From: Cirrosporium novae-zelandiae
Lineage: Eukaryota
DNA: 41,686 nucleotides
Reading direction: 5' to 3'
Assembly (NCBI GenBank): GCA_026023565.1
Contig: JAPETS010000020.1
Coordinates: forward strand, 558,001-599,686
Part shown: positions 34,809-41,686 of the stretch, one piece after another
Numbering within the stretch: position 1 is the stretch's first letter
Layout of the letters: each line of letters starts with the position of its first letter
Program-made: the position numbers and the translations under genes
The notes under the pieces: generated by a model
Told to the model about the DNA's origin: nothing
Databases searched by the model: none
The model's input: only the letters and a program-made list of their open reading frames with translations

Positions 34809-35990
34809 CTAATTCCAATTATCATACACTTTCGTACCTTGCATCCACGTTTGAAGCACAACTCCATTATCATCCAAAACTACAAAGTCTGCTCTCCGTC
34901 CGTCCTCGAGTTTACCTCGGTTCATATCCTTCATAAGGTTAACAATGTTTTCGCCGACGCAAGACACCGCTTGCGCCAACGTGCAACCACTGAATTCCAT
35001 AAGGTTTCGAACACAGTCATCTAGCGTACTACAACTTCCGATTAGCGTGTCGGTCCCGTCAATAGTTACTCTGTTGCCCATTTTTTGTTGCCGATATTTA
35101 ATCTGTTCGTTCCCCGGATAGACGCCATCTGGCAATCCACTCAATTCTATGGAATCGGTAATGAGAATACACCTGGCAGGATTTGCTCTGAACGCTAAAG
35201 ACACTGTGGCTGGATGGAGATGAATTCCATCCGCAATAATGCTATAGTATACCGACGACGAGGTCACGAGGCCTGTGAGTCCAGGATGGCGATGGTGCAG
35301 TGGATTCATGGCGTTGAATACGTGTGTCAATGCTCTCGCTCCAGCTTTGATGGCATCAAGACCTTCCTCGTAAGTTGAAGCGCTATGACCCATGGATACT
35401 ATAATATCATAGTTGGTTGAAAGGTGATTGATTAGTTCTTTTGCCCCAGGAATCTCGGGGGCCACTGTGATGAATTTGACTACAGATTTCAAGTTCTCTA
35501 GGCCGTATACGTTTTCTGGCGTAAAATCCTTGGAAGAACAAAATAGATGTGGTTCATGGGCACCTTTTTTAACCTGGGCGAGGTAGGGACCTTCGACATG
35601 GGCTCCTAGGAGGTCGGCACCCCCAGGGAAGCTTCGGGGTTTCAAATGGGGAAGGATTCTTTGAAACCTCTCAGATGAGACGGTGGGCAACGTTGTCCAG
35701 AAGCCAGTAACTCCAGTAGAAACGAAGTATTTTGAGATGGTCTCCAGACTGTTTAAGTAGGTACCCTCGTCGTTAAAATTTGTAAAATGAAACCCGAGTA
35801 ATCCGTTAGTTTGCAATTCGAGAAATCCTGGGGCAATGATAGCGTTTTTCATATCCAGGGTCTCATCATTTAAGGAGTGGTCTGAACAAGGCACGAAACA
35901 ACCAGTCAATTTGGAGAAGCATAGATCTCTGCGGACGAAATCGCCATTGATGCACAGTCGACAGTTGGTCAGAGTGCTCAAGTGAACCAT
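34809..35990 (-). CDS. nagA: N-acetylglucosamine-6-phosphate deacetylase (NagA/Dac1 family), intronless, 393 aa
   Basis: IIAPGFLELQTNG, GAHVEGPY, KKGAH, TVAPE, MGHS, THVFNAM, IADGIHLHP, LITD, GRRADFVVLD. Confidence 0.93.
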   Translation of the reverse strand: MVHLSTLTNCRLCINGDFVRRDLCFSKLTGCFVPCSDHSLNDETLDMKNAIIAPGFLELQTNGLLGFHFTNFNDEGTYLNSLETISKYFVSTGVTGFWTTLPTVSSERFQRILPHLKPRSFPGGADLLGAHVEGPYLAQVKKGAHEPHLFCSSKDFTPENVYGLENLKSVVKFITVAPEIPGAKELINHLSTNYDIIVSMGHSASTYEEGLDAIKAGARALTHVFNAMNPLHHRHPGLTGLVTSSSVYYSIIADGIHLHPATVSLAFRANPARCILITDSIELSGLPDGVYPGNEQIKYRQQKMGNRVTIDGTDTLIGSCSTLDDCVRNLMEFSGCTLAQAVSCVGENIVNLMKDMNRGKLEDGRRADFVVLDDNGVVLQTWMQGTKVYDNWN

Positions 35991-36809
35991 GATGAAACAC
36001 AGAGCGAGTAGAAAGCAGGAGTCACAAATGAATTAACAGCGAGATGAAATATGCCAAGCTCGTGCCACAGGATTTCTAGGGCCGAGAGAGTGGATAGGAA
36101 GTTTGATTCTTGTTTTTGCTTCTCTCCAGCCTTGTGAGTTTAACGAGTTGACAGGTTTTAGGATCATCGTTAAGGATCAGGATTGTCGATATCGTGTGCG
36201 ATAAGGACAGGGATGAAGTGAACGGGGTCATTGATGATTCTATAATTAGTTGAGTAGGTCTATTTCTCCGTACTTGAGAATGTATGTAGAGCAGCAGTCT
36301 AGCACAATCAGATATTGCTCAAAAAAAAGGAGAAACCAACTAATGACATGTGTTGCATACGTAACCGCACAATAGATATCATTCTTATTTTTATTTTTTT
36401 CATCAGAAATTCATTATAACCCATACTTTGTAATTTGAGATTTCGTTTGAGCCATTCGAAATATCAATTGGGTGAAGAGTAGCTGTGGCTGAAGCGGTCG
36501 CTAAAGTGGCCCAGACTGTGATGCCATTGGTCAACTATGACGATTGATATGACGTCGAGCTGCGATATCCCCCCCGTCTGTGCGTCAATTGCTCATTAAT
36601 GCCTTGTTTGAAGATGGGACATAACAGAAGTTAGGCATTTCTGCAGTGGCTCGTGTTTTTTTAAAGGAGACATTCTTGATGTCATTCACCTTGTATTCTC
36701 CAGAGATTTATTAATTCTCCTTGAAATTCGGCTGCTGTTTTAGGTATGTGATATGTCCGAAGAATTCGAATGTCTGAGGAGAATAAGTAAATACTAATCA
36801 TCTACAGCC

Positions 36810-39800
36810 ATGTCTGATGCCCAGCAGCAACATGCTCCTGGAGGGCATTACTCGGCCCAAAACCCAGTCCCTACTGTCAAGAAATTTCTGGACAACCTCG
36901 ACAAAGATAAGAAAGAAAGGGACAAGCAGATCGAGGGGCAGGTCACTGTTAGTGGAGAAGCCGTACCCCATACGCCCACAAAGACAACCAAAACTCGCTC
37001 AAGAAAGACTGTTACCGACCCTGTAACTGGGAAAAACGTGGATATTGAAGATGTCGACAAGGACATGATGAAGAAAGTTGACAATCCTTCCGTATAACTG
37101 CCCCTCGATTGAGCTTGAATAGACTTGCTAATGGTGCATCCTAGCTTTCCGTCCCCAATGCCAACCTTGGAAAAGATACAGTGAGTAAAACTCGTCCCTA
37201 CCTTAAAAATATGCGTTAATCACCCTGTAGCCTATTAAAACGGATGCATCACAATCCAACCCCGAGTATAAATACAATCAGGATGTCACGGCCCCACCAG
37301 ACCCCGTTGCTGAAGGTACTACTTCGGATGTGCCAATTCACGGTGAAAAAACCAATATTCTATTTCACCCAACTCCATCCGTGAGCTATGAGCCTATGTT
37401 TGCAATGCTCGAAAAGCAAGCCGGATTTTTATGTATCGGAATATTCGCTGCCATTGTTTTTCTGGGAAAGTTCTTTGGCGGCTCTCTATGGGGGCTTATA
37501 CCACTAGGTGGTTGCGTGGTTTCAGGTGTCTGGCTCTGGATGAAAGAGGTCGTTCGGAGTGGACGTGAAGTAGAGTGGCACAGCGAACAGACACGAGGAG
37601 AAACGGCTACGGCGAACCTACTCCCGGAATCCGTCGAATGGATGAATACATTTCTGGGAATTGTATGGGGCTTAATCAATCCAGAAATGTTTGCTGCAGT
37701 TGCCGACACACTTGAAGATGTTATGCAAGCATCTGTACCCGGCGTTATCGAGAATGTACGAGTTGCAGATATTAACCAAGGAAGTAATCCAATTCGGATT
37801 CTTAGCTTAAGGGCTCTCCCTGATGACCATGTCAAAGAACTCAAAGAAAGTATCCATGAGGAGAACAGGAAAAATAAGGACCCACAGGAAGCTGCTGCTG
37901 ACGAGGAGGGCGGAGATTACTACAATATTGAAGTTTCCTTTGCATACCATGCCAAACCCAGTGGTGCAGCTGCCTCATCGAAAGCTCGCAACATGCATAT
38001 GCAATTAGTCTTCTACCTTGGTATTAAGGGATTTTTTGGTGTTCCTCTTCCCATTTTTGTTGAGTTACAGAGTCTGGTAGGAACAGTAAGACTTCGACTG
38101 CAGATGACTCCTCAGCCACCATTCGCGAAGAACCTCACCTTTACCCTCATGGGCTTGCCGCATGTCCAAGCTGGCTGCATACCAATGGTCCAGAAGGGCG
38201 TCAATATACTAAACTTACCACTCATCTCGAATTTTGTCAACTATGCCATTGGAGCCGCAGCGAGTATGTACGTGGCACCAAAGTCCATGTCGTTGGATCT
38301 TAGTGCAATGCTCCAGGGTGATGATGTCCAAAAAGAGACCTCAGCCCTTGGAGTTATGTGGATCCGAATCCACCGAGCTGTTGGACTGAGCAAACAAGAT
38401 AAGCGCGGTAGTCCCGGAGGTGGAAGCGATCCATACATAACACTCTCATTCTCCAAGTATGGGAAGCCAATGTATTGTACACGGGTCATCACCGACGACT
38501 TGAATCCAATTTGGGAGGAGACAACTGCTCTGCTGGTAACACCTGAACTGATCAAGGCCGATGAACAGTTAAGTGTCGAACTTTGGGATTCTGATCGCAA
38601 TACTGCCGATGATATCGTTGGCAAAGTCGAACTTTCAATTCAACAAATGATTCAGCATCCTGGAAAGATGTATCCGCAAGTCTCAAAACTAGCAGGTATG
38701 AATGCAGGGAGTGAAATGCCGGGAGAATTACATTGGGAAGTCGGTTACTTTGGCAAACCCCAATTCAGGCCTGCTCTCCGAACCGATGGAAAGAACACAA
38801 ATCTTCCTGAAGCTCTCCGTGATCATAAAGAACTCCAGGATGACAAAGGCGTGATCAATACCGAGAATGAAGATGCCGTAACTCATACTCCACCAGATCC
38901 TCTTTGGCCCAGTGGGATTTGCAGCGTCGTTATTCACCAAATTGTCAATCTAGAACTAGAAAATGTCAAGGGTACCTCAGGAAGTCGAAAAGGAAAAGAG
39001 TTTGAACCAGCAAAACCCGCAGGCGAAAATACCGAAGAGGAGGGCAAGACTCTTCCAACCAGTTACTGCACTATCCTCTTCAATGACCAATTGGTAGGTC
39101 TCTATCAAACGCTGAAGTTTACACTTTTCTAACAAAAAAATAGGTATATCGAACTAGAGCAAAGGCTGTTAGTAGCAAGCCGATCTTCAACGCTGGGACT
39201 GAGCGTTTCATGAGGGACTGGAGGTCAGGAATCGTGACTGTGACTGTTCGAGATCAACGATATAGGCAGCATGATCCAATTCTCGGCGTGGTTCCATTGA
39301 AGCTTTCGGATATCCTTGAAACTAGCTCCCAGGTCACGAGATGGTATCCTCTTGATGGAGGGATTGGGTTCGGCCGAATCAGGATTTCCTTGCTGTTCCG
39401 CAGTGTTGAAACTAAGCTCCCGCCAAACATGCTGGGCTGGGATGTTGGAACTTTTGAATTCAATTGTGATAGACTGGTTGCAAAGAACTATACTGCCAAT
39501 GCGAAACTTAAGCTCCGCACTGGTGGCAGTATTGGCAAGATACCTCGAACAGACTGTCGCAAACTTGAAGAGGGTGAAGGCGAAGGAATCTATTGGGATC
39601 TCGCCAAGAAAGAAGGCAAACATGACGTCCGTCTCCCTGTCAAATACCGTTTCCGCTCGCCTATTGTCTTTGAATTCCACATCAGCGGTAAACGCGGCGC
39701 ATCCGCCTATGCTATGCTCTGGTTACATCATCTCATTGACAATGAAGAGACCGACATCGATATTCCTATTTGGAAGACCAAGAACGGTCCTCGTTTAACT

Positions 39801-40601
39801 CAAAATTATATCACGGAAACGAACTGGAAAGCCAAAGAAGTACCTGGTCTAGAAGACATGGCTGAAGTAGGCCGCTTGCAGTTCCGTGGTCGCTTCAAGG
39901 CAGGCATGGATGAAGACCACGAGCGCTTCGTTATGGATAATGACTCCCGTGAAACCTTTGAAACATGGGAAGCGTGCCTCGCGGAAGGTGTTCGCGAACG
40001 CCACGTCATTCCCGAAATCCCAGAGAGACTACAAGAACTTCACGAAGCGTCCCTCACAGAAGGCAGAGACATCCTCCAGAAATGCGATCCTGAAGAGCGG
40101 AAGAAATGGTTCGCTAAAGACGGAATGGACTGGAGTGGAGCGTTTGGTGATGATCCAATGGCGTACATGGATGACAGGGGAAGGAAGATTGCAGAACCAG
40201 GTGTTGATGAGCCACCTCGAGATCCTATCCTCCCACAGAACGACAAGGACTACGAAATTCCTAATGGTAGAAGATTCGAGGACGAGGACGAGGATGAGGA
40301 CGATACTTCCTCCTCCGAGGACCTCGGCGTCACAGCCTCCTTCGACTCGGCCCGCAGTCCTATTTCGCCTAGATCTAGCAACAGCAACAATAGCAACAAC
40401 AGTAGCTCCTCCAAAGCACAGGATCGATTGAACAAGCGCACCGAGAGGCGAAAACAGAGGGGCCTGGCGCAATGGAGACCCATCCGGAACGCACAGTTTG
40501 CAAAAGACGAGGCTATTATTGGGGCCAGGAGAGTTAAAAATAAGCTTTTCGGAGGACTGTCCGGGAGAGAGCCCGGAATCGAGACGGAGACGGGTTCGTA
40601 G
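36810..40601 (+). CDS. Membrane-anchored SMP/C2-domain protein, Mug190/tricalbin-like (exons 36810-37091, 37145-37180, 37231-39093, 39144-40601; ~1212 aa)
   Basis: Hydrophobic hairpin (FLCIGIFAAIVFLG..LIPLGGCVVSGVWLW); SMP-like start PESVEWMNTFLGIVW; C2 motifs SDPYITL..NPIWEE..VELWDSD..DDIVG and PIFNAGTE..DPILG. Three in-frame GT-AG introns. Confidence 0.92.
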
Positions 40602-41686
40602 AGAACACGGAAACAAAACAAAACGAAACGGAAGGGTAGTCACTTTGAATGGAAAGGAACGGATTGGCAGAATGGAAATGGGAACCAAAAAGCATGACCA
40701 TGCGACATGACTTTCCTTTTTTTTTTCTGTTTGTGATGCGACGGCGCTGGGGTTCAATTGCACTGTATAATTAATAGACATGAGGTTAATTCAGGGTCTT
40801 TATAATAATGAAAAAAAATTATAAAATGAAAACTTGCCTTACATACATACTACTTACCCACATAACATAGATCACTTCACCCAACTATAACAAAACGTGT
40901 AAATATTCATTTACTTTCAAATCCCAAACACCGTATCCGACGTGTCAAAACAAACAGCTGCAAGGCATTAAAGCTTTTCACCCCACAGACCCACTTGCAA
41001 GGAATACAGTAGCTAGATATGGAACCTTAACAACTTAGCCTGGACGGCGGATAATACTAATTCCAACTTCCGCTAAACGCGCAACACAATGATGCAAATC
41101 AAATATCAAACTGGGGGTGTTTTATCCAACCTGGAGGTGGGTCTAGGAGGGGAGGTCCGTCTTTCGCTAGGCCTAAATCCTGAAAGAAAGATTATATCAA
41201 GATTGGGGTAGAGTAGATGCTGAGTAGATGCTGAGTAGATCGACTGCTCAGCTCACCCGACCAAGCGTTTATTAGAAAAGGATGCCAACTCCGGGGTTCC
41301 GGAGTTCCGTCCCTTGTTCTCGCTTACCTAGAGTTTTCCGAATAGGGGTTAGTCCCCCCATTCGGTGCCCTAGGCAGCCAAAAACAGGTAACTCTTTCAC
41401 CGTATCTAAGCGTACATGTAATTACCCCAATTCAGCCTTAACTAAGCGTTAAAAACAACCCTGGACACTTAATAGTCTTATATAACGGCGGCTCATGGCT
41501 AGATCGCTGGCGATTCTGGAAGGAACGATTTCGAGAACCAGGAACGAGCAGGGGGGACGACCTTGATCTTAATCTTAATCTTAATGAGCATACAAGAAGT
41601 ATCGCTATGGTTGCGAGTGAGAAAATGGAAGAGATTGAGCGGGATGGATGAAGAGGAGGGGGGGGGGGGGGGATGTTATGAGGGGG

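Noticed and set aside
36021..36029. Ndt80/Ron1-type site GTCACAAAT upstream of nagA
   Set aside because: Single short match only ~30 bp from the ATG, probably within the 5' UTR; not enough support.
40029..40781. 250-aa antisense ORF and other overlapping ORFs within the C2-domain gene
   Set aside because: Antisense or alternate-frame shadows of a well-supported gene, without domain features.

Overview
Eukaryotic DNA from a filamentous ascomycete (Pezizomycotina-type genes, short GT-AG introns with CTAAC/CTGAC branch sites, microsatellite-rich spacers). Manual splicing gives, in order: the 3' part of a C2H2 zinc-finger transcription factor; a ~5 kb simple-repeat spacer with a possible gene relic; a divergent pair made of a single-pass Kelch-like beta-propeller membrane protein and a secreted Ser/Thr-rich, Cys-domain, probably GPI-anchored protein; a DHDPS-family aldolase; an 11-exon SAM methyltransferase divergent from an ankyrin-repeat gene; an intron-containing tRNA-Glu(CTC); an orphan 3' half of a tRNA-Ser; a Wwm1-like WW/low-complexity protein; a disrupted HeLo-like/NACHT (fungal NLR-type) gene; acetyl-CoA synthetase; GlcNAc-6-phosphate deacetylase; and a Mug190/tricalbin-like C2-domain protein. 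No CRISPR array, transposase or recombinase was seen. The best leads are the half-tRNA scar beside an accessory/immunity-like gene block, the broken NLR, the Kelch/mucin head-to-head pair with a 19-bp repeat in its shared promoter, and the deacetylase-ACS adjacency with its motif-rich spacer. All family calls come from motif recognition only; no database search was run.
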